Below are positions 1 to 8,025 of a DNA stretch of 64,000 nt, piece after piece. Under the pieces are notes generated by a model that ran no database searches, was not told the origin of the DNA, and worked only from the letters and a program-made list of their open reading frames with translations. How positions within the stretch are numbered: position 1 is the first letter of the stretch; the number at the start of each line of letters is the position of its first letter. Made by a program: the position numbers and the translations under genes. Source of the stretch: Candidatus Marinacidobacterales bacterium (GTDB lineage: Bacteria; Acidobacteriota; Vicinamibacteria; Marinacidobacterales; SMYC01); contig CBDCYI010000005.1 in the NCBI GenBank assembly GCA_965224085.1, positions 2,144,001-2,208,000 on the forward strand, given 5' to 3'.

Positions 1-284
1 AAACGCTTACGCCACAATTCGGCTCAAAACGCGCTCTTCCCGGACCGCCATCACGCTGCATGCCCATCGACCAACCAGGGGCTATTGCAACGGCGATGCC
101 AGCGCGCGCGTTCACGGTGAAAGCACACTAACCCGTCTGATAACAAGCCTTTAGCTCGGGAGCGCAAATCGGCGGTGGTGTAGCCTGAACAGCCACACTT
201 CGAAGCGCGCGTAGTGGATCGTAGCGGCCGGCGACGAATCGGTGGAGTCGAGGCAAGCTTTCCCCGACCGGCAACGACAACACT

Positions 285-584
285 CTACCCATGAGGACTT
301 TTAGGGTTGAGAAGACTCGAGCGCGATGACGCGCGTGCACGGCGGATAAACCGATGAGAGTTAACGAATACACGAAAACAGTATTGGCACTGGTCGAGAT
401 GAGATATTAACCGCTCACGGTCGCTCGCATCTCCAAGGTTCCAACCGTCCCAACCATCAATGAGCTGGGCGAGCGCTTCCGCGTCAGGGCAGCGCGTGGG
501 TTCGAGGATTGTGCGCCGCCGTGTCACGCTAGCTCGCGAGGTCTTTCGTGCCGTGCCACAATGTTCATCGGGACATCCTCCCAA
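285..584 (-). CDS. Small zf-HC2 (zinc-binding anti-sigma-like) protein; start uncertain
   Basis: CPDAEALAQLIDG...RERLISHLDQCQYC fits the HxxxCxxC ZAS motif; directly downstream of an ECF-like sigma gene on the same strand. Confidence 0.55.
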   Translation of the reverse strand: MGGCPDEHCGTARKTSRASVTRRRTILEPTRCPDAEALAQLIDGWDGWNLGDASDRERLISHLDQCQYCFRVFVNSHRFIRRARASSRSSLLNPKSPHG

Positions 585-621
585 TTTTCACGTCCAATAG
601 GCCTTTCAGGTATCGTCTCGG

Positions 622-1455
622 TTAGACGGACAACGGCGCGCGATTCGGCACGTCTGGGAAAATGGTCTCCAGATCTATCGCTAGCTCAGAGCGGCCTATC
701 AAGGACTCGAGCGTCTCCCAACGGACCCCGGCTTGCTCCAGCCGGCAACGGATCCGCTTCAGCAACCTGGTGATGCGGGCGTAGATGGTCTTCGGTTTGA
801 GGTTCACCAAGTTCGCGATTTCCGGCACGCTCAGCCCTTCATCGAAACGCATCTTGAGGAGCAATCGGTCCTCCGAGGAGAGATCCCCGGTCGCGTCTTT
901 GAGTTGCGACTCCAGCTCACCGAGGAGGCCTGCGGCCTCGTGGCGATCGCAATCGTCTACGTAGCGCGTGGTTGCCAGCCGGGCCAGCACTTCTTCGTCA
1001 ACGCAAAAGAATCGCTCACGACGGGGAAGCTTTCCCGCGAGCTCCCATAGCTCGTCTTTTGTGCGGTCGCATTCGGTGCTCGTCAAGAGAATTTCCCGCG
1101 CTTGGTGGAAGTCGAAACCGTCCCGGTACAAGAGGGTCTCGAGCTTCATCGCGACCGTCCCGAGCTTCCGTGCCACCGTCGAGGGGCGCCATTTTCCCCA
1201 CTTCTGTGTGCGGAAATCTAGAAAGAGACGCTGCACAACGACCGTTAAATAGGTCTTGAACTGGCTCTCGCCCCGGAACTTCCTGATCCGGGCATAGTCG
1301 TTCTCGACGAGCTTGAACATCGTGAACGACGCGAAATCCTCCCGATCCTCGGACGTCAGGCGATGACGCCGCGAGATATAGCCGAGAATTTCTCCGACAC
1401 ACAAGTAGTGTGTTTCGAATAGTTTGCGACCTCCGCCGCGTTTATTCCTCTGCAT
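622..1455 (-). CDS. RNA polymerase sigma-70 family (ECF-like) sigma factor
   Basis: Region 2-like EDFASFTMFKL..FRGESQFKTYLTVVVQRLFLDF; region 4 HTH LSSEDRLLLKMRFDEGLSVPEIANLVNLKPKTIYARITR. Confidence 0.85.
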   Translation of the reverse strand: MQRNKRGGGRKLFETHYLCVGEILGYISRRHRLTSEDREDFASFTMFKLVENDYARIRKFRGESQFKTYLTVVVQRLFLDFRTQKWGKWRPSTVARKLGTVAMKLETLLYRDGFDFHQAREILLTSTECDRTKDELWELAGKLPRRERFFCVDEEVLARLATTRYVDDCDRHEAAGLLGELESQLKDATGDLSSEDRLLLKMRFDEGLSVPEIANLVNLKPKTIYARITRLLKRIRCRLEQAGVRWETLESLIGRSELAIDLETIFPDVPNRAPLSV

Positions 1456-1626
1456 ATCGACGCCTCCGCACTCCCGAAACTATGGCCTTTTACTGGTGTC
1501 AACGCTGGGGGGGCTGAAACCGAACAGCTAAAAGCTTTTTTTTCCAAAAAAAAAGCGCCGGAGCGCGGCCAGGTCGAGGTTGAGCGAAGCCAAGCTAGGG
1601 GCCCTGACCCTAGACAGTTGTATTGT

Positions 1627-2736
1627 TTAGAGCAGTCTTTGATAGAGGGATTCGTATTGCGGGATGATTTTCTGGCGATCGAACTCGGAGCCGGCGCGCT
1701 CGCGAGAAGCCTCGGCGAAACGTGCATGTTTGGCGTCGTCCGCAAGCAGCTCGATGGCGGCATCAGCCATCGCACGGACTTCGCCGACCGGGAGCAGATA
1801 GCCCGTTTCACCGTGAAGGACCACTTCGGGAAGCCCGCCCACGCGAGCGCCCACGACGGGCACATTGCAGTTCATCGCCTCGAGCGCCACGAGGCCAAAG
1901 CTCTCCTGCTCGCTCGGAAGAAGAAAGAGGTCCACCGCGGTCAGAAGAGTCTCCAAGTATTGCTGCTCGCCGAGAAAGTGAACGTGCTCGGTGAGGCCGA
2001 GCTCTTTGACGAGCTGGCGAACGAAGAGCCGCTCCGGCCCTTCGCCCACGAGCAGAAGCTTGGCCGGAAGCTCGCGGCAGACGAGCTCGAAAACACGAAC
2101 AACGTCGCTGACGCGCTTCACGGGGCGGAAGTTCGAAGCGTGCATCAAGATCTTCTCGCCGTTCGGCGCCCAACGTTCGCGACCGCAATCCGGACCATTC
2201 CCGCGGGTGGTGTCGATGAAGTTGTAAATGACGTCGATGGATCGTTCGAGAGAAAATTCCTTGATCGTTCTCCTTTTGAGATATTGCGAAACGGCCGTCA
2301 CCGCATCGGAGACTTGCATCGCGAAACGCGTGACGCGATGAAACGATTCGTCCGTACCGACGAGCGTGATGTCCGTCCCGTGGAGGGTCGTCACGATCTT
2401 GGGCGCCCCGTCGCCAATAATCTCCCTCGCGAGGAAAGCACTCACCGCGTGCGGCACGGCGTAATGCGCGTGGATCACGTCGAGGTGCTCGTCCGAAGCG
2501 ACCTCGGCCAGCTTCGTCGCGAGGCCGAGCGTGTAAGGCGGGTATTTGAATAGTGGATAGCTCGCGACCTCGACTTCGTGGACAACCACGTTCGGGTTGA
2601 AAGCCCGCAGCCGAAAGGGAACGGAGTAGCTGACAATATGCACGGTGTGGTCCCGCTCGGCGAGGCCGAGCGCGAGCTCTGAGGCGACGACACCGCTTCC
2701 GCCTTGTGAGGGATAGCAAACAATAGCGATGCGCAT
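1627..2736 (-). CDS. bshA: N-acetyl-alpha-D-glucosaminyl L-malate synthase (GT4)
   Basis: [65 protein letters not shown]; TGATG overlap with bshB1. Confidence 0.93.
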   Translation of the reverse strand: MRIAIVCYPSQGGSGVVASELALGLAERDHTVHIVSYSVPFRLRAFNPNVVVHEVEVASYPLFKYPPYTLGLATKLAEVASDEHLDVIHAHYAVPHAVSAFLAREIIGDGAPKIVTTLHGTDITLVGTDESFHRVTRFAMQVSDAVTAVSQYLKRRTIKEFSLERSIDVIYNFIDTTRGNGPDCGRERWAPNGEKILMHASNFRPVKRVSDVVRVFELVCRELPAKLLLVGEGPERLFVRQLVKELGLTEHVHFLGEQQYLETLLTAVDLFLLPSEQESFGLVALEAMNCNVPVVGARVGGLPEVVLHGETGYLLPVGEVRAMADAAIELLADDAKHARFAEASRERAGSEFDRQKIIPQYESLYQRLL

Positions 2737-3461
2737 CACGTGATCCGCGTGAAAGGCCGGTCGAAAAACGCGACCGGATCCGCGACCTTCATGGCTTCGC
2801 GTAGGTAGAAACCTTCGCCGAAATCGGTGTCGATGAGCGCGCCGTGATAGCGATCCAGCGCTTCGACACGATCGAGAAAGCTCGGGTGACTGATATAGGT
2901 CGTTGGGGCCGCCTCGTCCTCGTTGTGAAGCTGCGAGGCATAGGCGCGCACGGCGCGCATCTTGTCCTCATGGTACGGCGTGATATCCACAATGAAAGAA
3001 GGCGCTATCTTGTGAGGCACGAGGTAGTAAATCACACAATGCGGACGGTGCGGCTCTCCATCCGCTTCGAGCTTCTGAAGCCCCGCAAGGTAGGCCCCCT
3101 CGGCGACCAGAGTACCGGACGCCGTATGATCCGGATGATTGTTCTCGGGGTAGTTTGTAAATACAAGCTTGGGTCGATGTTCGCGAATCGCCTCCGCGAC
3201 GGCGCGCTTCGTCTCGTCGTTCACGGTGAGACGACCGTCTCCAAGATCGAGCGATCGCCGCAGCGAGACGTTGAGAACCTCCGCGGCCTGGCGCGCTTCC
3301 GCAGCCCGAAGCTCGGGAGTCCCGCGCGTACCCATCTCTCCAGAGGTGAGATCGATAATCCCCGTCCGATAACCAAGCGCCGCCAACTTGAGCATCGTCC
3401 CCCCCATACAAAGCTCGACATCGTCGGGATGCGGCCCAAAAGCTAGAACATCAAGAGGCAT
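2736..3461 (-). CDS. bshB1: Bacillithiol biosynthesis deacetylase (PIG-L family)
   Basis: LDVLAFGPHPDDVELCMGGT, DLTSGEMGTRGT, HPDH; adjacent to bshA; ATG at 3461 preferred over the longer ORF start. Confidence 0.9.
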   Translation of the reverse strand: MPLDVLAFGPHPDDVELCMGGTMLKLAALGYRTGIIDLTSGEMGTRGTPELRAAEARQAAEVLNVSLRRSLDLGDGRLTVNDETKRAVAEAIREHRPKLVFTNYPENNHPDHTASGTLVAEGAYLAGLQKLEADGEPHRPHCVIYYLVPHKIAPSFIVDITPYHEDKMRAVRAYASQLHNEDEAAPTTYISHPSFLDRVEALDRYHGALIDTDFGEGFYLREAMKVADPVAFFDRPFTRIT

Positions 3462-3625
3462 GTCCGCAGTGTACTTCAGGCGGCGGCGAAGGGGCGTTGT
3501 CGGACCTACGGCGGGTGATGGAGAACAGAGAGAACTCTTCCACTCCGATCGCCGCTGGCCAGACGTCGCCAATAAAGCGCGCTCCCCAAAGCTTCTCGAA
3601 AGGGCGCCTATACTGCCACAATATT

Positions 3626-3639
3626 ATGATATATATCAT
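3626..3639. promoter_or_regulatory. Palindromic operator candidate for the TA operon
   Basis: Perfect 14-bp palindrome ATGATATATATCAT in an AT-rich patch just upstream of the antitoxin. Confidence 0.5.
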
Positions 3640-3650
3640 GGTAGAATTCA

Positions 3651-3917
3651 GTGATGGTTACTATGACAAACAATCTGCACGTGCCGTTGCCTGCCGATTT
3701 GAACGACGAGCTACGGACAGAAGCCGAGCGCTCCGGTCGGCCGGCGACCGAGATTGCGAGAGAGGCAATTCGGCTATTTCTGCGTCAGTGTCGCCGCCAG
3801 GCTCTGCACGAAGAGATCGCTGCCTACGCACGGAGCGTCGCCGGCACCGCGGCTGATCTAGATCCCGCGCTCGAGGATTCCGCGCTCGAGGTTATCGACT
3901 CACTAGACGAGACGTGA
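3651..3917 (+). CDS. Ribbon-helix-helix (CopG-like) antitoxin
   Basis: LHVPLPADLNDELRTEAERSGRPATEIAREAI RHH pattern, acidic tail, GTGA overlap with toxin; start may be ATG 3663. Confidence 0.8.
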   Translation: MMVTMTNNLHVPLPADLNDELRTEAERSGRPATEIAREAIRLFLRQCRRQALHEEIAAYARSVAGTAADLDPALEDSALEVIDSLDET

Positions 3918-4261
3918 GGCGCGGAGAGGTTTATCGAGCGGAGCTCCGCCCGCGGTCGGGATCAGAACAGCGAGGCACGCGTCCAGTGATCGTGGTTTCT
4001 CACGACGGTTTCAACGAAGTCGATACGTGGCGCTCGATCATCATTGTTCCCGTGTCCACCTCGGCAAAGCAAGCCGTACGGAGTGCAACCGCTGTGCCGC
4101 TGCCAAAAGGCGCCGGGGGCCTCTCCCAGGATAGTGTTGCGCTTTGTCACCAAGTCACCACCCTCGACCGAGCGAAGTTAGTCAAGAGGCTTGGCTCATT
4201 GGCATCCGACGATTTGACCCGCGTCGCGCTCGGCCTGAAAGCCTCGCTCGATCTGGACTAA
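3914..4261 (+). CDS. mazF: PemK/MazF-family type II toxin
   Basis: MRRGEVYRAEL.PRSGSEQRGTRPVIVVS, DSVALCHQVTTLDR. Confidence 0.9.
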   Translation: MRRGEVYRAELRPRSGSEQRGTRPVIVVSHDGFNEVDTWRSIIIVPVSTSAKQAVRSATAVPLPKGAGGLSQDSVALCHQVTTLDRAKLVKRLGSLASDDLTRVALGLKASLDLD

Positions 4262-4283
4262 AGGGATCGGTGGGCCGCGCGCT

Positions 4284-4290
4284 GGGGATG
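4284..4290. repeat. Detached outer tip of the IS256 left TIR (3' exon of intron copy A)
   Basis: GGGGATG; removing 4291-6183 rebuilds GGGGATG-TCCCGGCCGCTGTTGAATTTGG, an IS256-like terminus; the exact outer base (4284 or 4285) is uncertain. Confidence 0.7.
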
Positions 4291-6183
4291 GTCGAGTAGC
4301 TCAGCCATTCGGCTTTCGCCCTCACAGATCCGAGCGTGCGGCTTTCCCGCACTCGGCTCCTCCTGAAGGTATACCCGAAATCAGACAAGGCAAGGTAGTC
4401 GGGACGGAGTGAGGTGAGGGACTGGTAGGGGAAAGCGCTCCAACAACAAGTGAAAACGAGGCCAGGTCATTCGGCGCTGACTCCGCCGACGAAGGCTTCG
4501 AAACCACAACCGTGTCACCTCCTCAGAAAAGGATTGGAGAGAGCGGATGTTGCTGGGAAGTCCGTAGTACGCGTAGTGACCGCGCAGCACCTGGCAAAGC
4601 CAGCGATGCTGGACGGCGACTGGAGCATGCATACGTTGCTTCGCGCGAAGCCGTAGCGACTTGAGTTTGGCTCGTAGCCGCTGGCTCTGCGTTTTGCGCT
4701 TCACGACGAAACGGCCATCGCGGGTTCTCCCACAATAATGAGTGAAACCCAGGAAAGCGAACGTCGCACACCGCCAAAGGCCCCGTTGCTCGCGTGACAA
4801 GGAAGGTAATCTCCCGAACTCGAGCAAACGGGTCTTGTTCTCGTGGAGCGCAAGCCCGAATCGGGCTAGTCGCTCCTTGAGCGCTCTCATCATCCTGCTG
4901 GCATCGGTCCGATGCTGGAAGCCCATGACGAAGTCGTCAGCGTATCGCACGATGGAAATACGGCCTTGTGCTTCGAGCCGGCGCCATCGATGAACCCACA
5001 GATCTAGAACGTAGTGCAGAAAGACGTTAGCCAAGAGCGGGCTCACACCTGCCCCTTGCGGTGTCCCTTCAGTTGTCTCGCTCCACTCTCCTTTCTCCAG
5101 CACGCCGGCTCGCAACCACTGACGGATGAGTCGAAGGATGCGTTTGTCGGCGACCCGGTGCGAAAGCATCCGCATCAACCACTCGTGGTCCACCGAGTCG
5201 AAGAACTTGCGGATGTCCGCGTCGAGAACCCAGTTCACGCGTTGCGTCATGAGCGCGGTGTGGAGCGCGTGCAACGCTTGGTGCGGGCTCCGTCCGGGCC
5301 GAAACCCGTACGAGAACCCGATGAAATCGACTTCGTAGACGGCGCTCAAAACCTCGGCTACCGCTCCTTGGACAATCTTGTCTTCCAGTGCGGGGATGCC
5401 AAGAGGGCGCTTTCCGCCATCCGACTTAGGAATGTACACGCGCCGCACCGGTAGTGGTCGGTAGCGACCGGCGTGTACCCGCGAGCAAAGATCCTTGATG
5501 TTGCTCACGAAGTTCTTCTCGTAATCGGCGACAGTCTCTCCGTCGACACCAGCGCTTGCGCTGCGCTTCAACCGACGAAACGCTCGATAGAGCGCTTCGT
5601 GATCCACGTGATGCAGCAACGCAGTGAACCGAGCCTTTCTATCTCGCTTCGCTGCTTCGTTCACCCGCGTGAGATTTGGCGGTAAGGCGACCCGGCGCTG
5701 TGTCCGGACCTTAGCCCTCTCCCGTGGGTTCCCTCCAGGCCGATCCCTTCCCTCCACCATCTCGTTGCCTTCGATAGCTTCCTCAGTACTATGAATCGGT
5801 CCGACTTCCGGCCTCAGCTCAGCACCGCGCTTCGGTTTTCCCTTGCGCGACGCCCCCATCGGTGACCATTCCGATGGACCCGGCCGGACCTCCTGGGTCC
5901 CGAAAGGAACTCTTCGTACGTGATGTGGTCCACGACCCCGGCGGAGCGTAACCATCTCGCGATAGCGATGGCCCACATGCTGCCTTCATTGACGGGAATC
6001 AACTCGGCCTTCCGCGATATTCAGCATTTCGAGGCTACATTCACACACCCTGCACGACCCCTGTCTACGCTTCGGACCCCGCGTTGCCACGACGCCCGCA
6101 AGACTCGGTCCCGACCTGTCCGCTACGACTTTTGGTCGGATTGGACTTCCACCCATAGGCTCCTTTCAGTTAGCCCAGCGCAC
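4291..6183 (-). mobile_element. Group II intron, copy A (complete, 1893 nt; probably bacterial class E)
   Basis: 5' GTGCG at 6183; domain V GAGCCGAGTGCGGGAAAGCCGCACGCTCGGATC; 3' end CTACTCGAC at 4291; internal RT ORF; EBS1-like loop TTGA-TTCCCG-TCAA complementary to 5' exon CGGGA. Confidence 0.93.
4381..5760 (-). CDS. ltrA: Group II intron reverse transcriptase/maturase without En domain
   Basis: FTALLHHV, AGVDGET, RPLGIPALEDK, SYGFRPGRS, DADIRKFFD, GTPQGAGVSPLLAN, RYADDF, FLGFTH; true start uncertain because ATG 5760 lies in RNA domain III. Confidence 0.92.
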   Translation of the reverse strand: MVEGRDRPGGNPRERAKVRTQRRVALPPNLTRVNEAAKRDRKARFTALLHHVDHEALYRAFRRLKRSASAGVDGETVADYEKNFVSNIKDLCSRVHAGRYRPLPVRRVYIPKSDGGKRPLGIPALEDKIVQGAVAEVLSAVYEVDFIGFSYGFRPGRSPHQALHALHTALMTQRVNWVLDADIRKFFDSVDHEWLMRMLSHRVADKRILRLIRQWLRAGVLEKGEWSETTEGTPQGAGVSPLLANVFLHYVLDLWVHRWRRLEAQGRISIVRYADDFVMGFQHRTDASRMMRALKERLARFGLALHENKTRLLEFGRLPSLSREQRGLWRCATFAFLGFTHYCGRTRDGRFVVKRKTQSQRLRAKLKSLRLRAKQRMHAPVAVQHRWLCQVLRGHYAYYGLPSNIRSLQSFSEEVTRLWFRSLRRRSQRRMTWPRFHLLLERFPLPVPHLTPSRLPCLV

Positions 6184-6220
6184 TCCCGGCCGCTGTTGAA
6201 TTTGGTCGGGTAGCGGCGGC
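6184..6220. repeat. IS256 left TIR, inner part
   Basis: TCCCGGCCGCTGTTGAATTTGGtcgGGTAGCGGCGGC; 22-bp perfect inverted match (6184-6205 vs 7608-7629) plus a further 12-bp match. Confidence 0.88.
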
Positions 6221-6234
6221 ACCTGTGAATACTC

Positions 6235-7530
6235 TTAGGCAGCAAACTCATCGCTGTCAAGAGATTTCTGTTTGCTTCTAAGCGCGTGAACGAGAGCGCC
6301 CATATGGCGATAGCCTTTGATACGCCGGAACTTCTTCTCCGCCGTGACGACGCCGAGAGCGGTCCATCGGCGAACCATCGAAGGACTCTTCCAACGCTTG
6401 ACGTTTCTCGATACTCTTCGAATGGTTCCGTTGAGATTCTCAATGGCGTTCGTCGTGGCAAGAGACTGGCGAAGTAACTCGGGCAGAGCGAGCTTCACGA
6501 CCGTGAGCGTCTCTTCCATCCCTTCGCGAAGGCTTCCGGCAGCTTCATCGTGGCTGTTTCGCTCGAGCCACGACACCAATGCCTGAAGTCGCTTGCGCGC
6601 CTTGTCGGCACTCTTGCACTTGTAGGCTTTCTTCATCGTCTGGAGCACGTAGGCGTGACGAGACTTGGGAAGGTACGAGCGAAGATTTCGGAGTTTATGG
6701 ATCTGGCACCTTTGGATGACCGCGAGATCCCCCAACACGTCGACGAGTGCCTTGCGGATACCTTTGCCTCCGTCCACTACACAGAGAATCGACTCATCGA
6801 CGCGCAAGCCTCGCTCGAGAAGGTCCTGCAACATCGCGGTGCACACCCGAGAGTTTTCCGTCGAGCCCAGCCATATACCCAGGGGCACCTTCGTTCCATC
6901 TATTGTGATACCGAGAGTTACGACGACGGTCTGGCCGGCCACCTCAAGGCCATCCATCATCAGTGCCGCAAGTTCGTACTCCTCTAGCCGCCGAGACAGG
7001 TATTGCTCGAGCTTCTTCGTCGTCTGGCTCACGAGGTGACGGCTGGCGGCACTCTTGCTCGTGCCACGAGACTTCAACTTGGCCGCGGGTTTGTCCAGAC
7101 TCCGTTCGTAATTTCGGGTCGATACCCCCACCAAGATCTGATTCAACACTCGCTCTGGAAGCGGGTCTTCTTCGCGGAAGGCTTCGAAGTGTGGAAGCGA
7201 CGCCTCCTCACCAGACTTCGAACGCACTCGAGGTCGCGACACTTGGATGCGACGACCACCGAAGCTCAGCTCTCCGTTCGTGCTCCCCCAGTGGTTATGA
7301 GTTCGCTCCTTCTCGTGCTTGCCCTTGAGCCCCGCGACCTCCTCGGCGTCCTCTCTGAGCAGTAGGTGCAGAGCTGTCAGTCCTTGCTCGTACACCCATT
7401 CCGTCAGATCCGCCTTCGTGGCCGCGATCCCAGCTATCATCGGTAGCAGTATCTGACCGGCTTGGCCAACTACCTTGCCCGTAGGCGAGTGCGTTTGCTT
7501 TCTTACTGGCTTCTTTGATTTCCTAGGCAT
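6235..7530 (-). CDS. IS256-family (Mutator-like) DDE transposase, intact
   Basis: RPRVRS, GVSTRNY, LMMDG, VVDGGKG, QRCQIHKLRN, TTNAIENLN, KKFRRIKGY. Confidence 0.93.
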   Translation of the reverse strand: MPRKSKKPVRKQTHSPTGKVVGQAGQILLPMIAGIAATKADLTEWVYEQGLTALHLLLREDAEEVAGLKGKHEKERTHNHWGSTNGELSFGGRRIQVSRPRVRSKSGEEASLPHFEAFREEDPLPERVLNQILVGVSTRNYERSLDKPAAKLKSRGTSKSAASRHLVSQTTKKLEQYLSRRLEEYELAALMMDGLEVAGQTVVVTLGITIDGTKVPLGIWLGSTENSRVCTAMLQDLLERGLRVDESILCVVDGGKGIRKALVDVLGDLAVIQRCQIHKLRNLRSYLPKSRHAYVLQTMKKAYKCKSADKARKRLQALVSWLERNSHDEAAGSLREGMEETLTVVKLALPELLRQSLATTNAIENLNGTIRRVSRNVKRWKSPSMVRRWTALGVVTAEKKFRRIKGYRHMGALVHALRSKQKSLDSDEFAA

Positions 7531-7595
7531 TGGTGGCTCCTTGTCCCCCTCTGGAGACGGTTGTTTGGCAGACCTATTCTTAGGCCGGCCAAGGA

Positions 7596-7629
7596 GCCGC
7601 CGCTACCCCAAATTCAACAGCGGCCGGGA
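7596..7629. repeat. IS256 right TIR, inner part
   Basis: GCCGCCGCTACCCCAAATTCAACAGCGGCCGGGA, immediately followed by intron start GTGCG. Confidence 0.88.
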
Positions 7630-8025
7630 GTGCGCTGGGCTAACTGAAAGGAGCCTATGGGTGGAAGTCCAATCCGACCAAAAGTCGTAGCGGACAGGTC
7701 GGGACCGAGTCTTGCGGGCGTCGTGGCAACGCGGGGTCCGAAGCGTAGACAGGGGTCGTGCAGGGTGTGTGAATGTAGCCTCGAAATGCTGAATATCGCG
7801 GAAGGCCGAGTTGATTCCCGTCAATGAAGGCAGCATGTGGGCCATCGCTATCGCGAGATGGTTACGCTCCGCCGGGGTCGTGGACCACATCACGTACGAA
7901 GAGTTCCTTTCGGGACCCAGGAGGTCCGGCCGGGTCCATCGGAATGGTCACCGATGGGGGCGTCGCGCAAGGGAAAACCGAAGCGCGGTGCTGAGCTGAG
8001 GCCGGAAGTCGGACCGATTCATAGT

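Larger units (their letters stand above)
6184..7629 (-). mobile_element. IS256-family element, core lying between the two intron insertions
   Basis: Transposase flanked by inverted repeats 6184-6220 and 7596-7629. Confidence 0.9.

Noticed and set aside
569-578. CGGGACATCC, identical to the core of the intron A/B homing site
   Set aside because: Only 10 bp and the upstream TIR sequence does not match; a chance hit of this length is plausible in a GC-rich window
5761-5976. N-terminal extension of the RT ORF to 531 aa, and ORFs 7837-8109 and 8162-8515
   Set aside because: These frames run through intron RNA domains I-III and are probably not translated
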